DNA of 63,270 nucleotides, filler included, from Octopus bimaculoides (lineage: Eukaryota), in assembly GCF_001194135.2 (NCBI RefSeq). It is 9 parts of 7 records of this genome, joined end to end, with 100 filler letters (N's around TTAATTAATTAA, not from the genome) between each part and the next. Parts side by side here need not be neighbours in the genome. Positions count along the whole stretch, not along the records: positions 62,022 to 63,270 come from NC_068995.1; 8 more parts are not named here. One strand, written 5' to 3'. Numbering within the stretch: the first letter of the stretch is position 1; the number at the start of each line of letters is the position of its first letter. The notes under the pieces are model-generated. The model made no database searches. It saw only the letters and a list, made by a program, of their open reading frames with translations, and was not told where the DNA came from. The translations under genes were made by a program, and so were the position numbers. Below are positions 63,223 to 63,270 of the stretch, piece after piece.

Positions 63223-63270
<48 letters not shown>
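63040..63270. repeat. (CAA)/(TAG)n microsatellite running to the window end
   Basis: Direct reading. Confidence 0.95.

Overview
Eukaryotic, very repeat-rich, gappy genomic DNA. The repeat repertoire (tRNA-derived SINEs with internal microsatellites, RTE/CR1-type LINEs, mariner, hAT, Penelope-like remnants, long di-/tri-nucleotide arrays) points to a cephalopod, probably Octopus; this is inferred, not shown. Only one host coding exon is recognisable: a 106-bp + strand internal exon (55379-55484) of an FLVCR/SLC49-family MFS transporter. Almost all ORFs in the supplied track are microsatellite or N-gap artefacts. Eight 100-bp gaps carry an artificial TTAATTAATTAA six-frame-stop linker, so the window is nine joined blocks whose adjacency is unproven. 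The most striking unexplained structure is about ten minimal type-I hammerhead-ribozyme motifs, read by eye, with unrelated stem sequences. They are typical of Penelope-like elements, mostly lie next to (TA)n, and several sit in fold-back (inverted-repeat) elements; one 332-bp fold-back carries two outward-facing hammerheads. The linker-bounded block holding the FLVCR exon (45332-56254) is visibly CpG-depleted compared with the same repeat families elsewhere, consistent with gene-body methylation. All structure and homology calls were made by eye, with no searches run.
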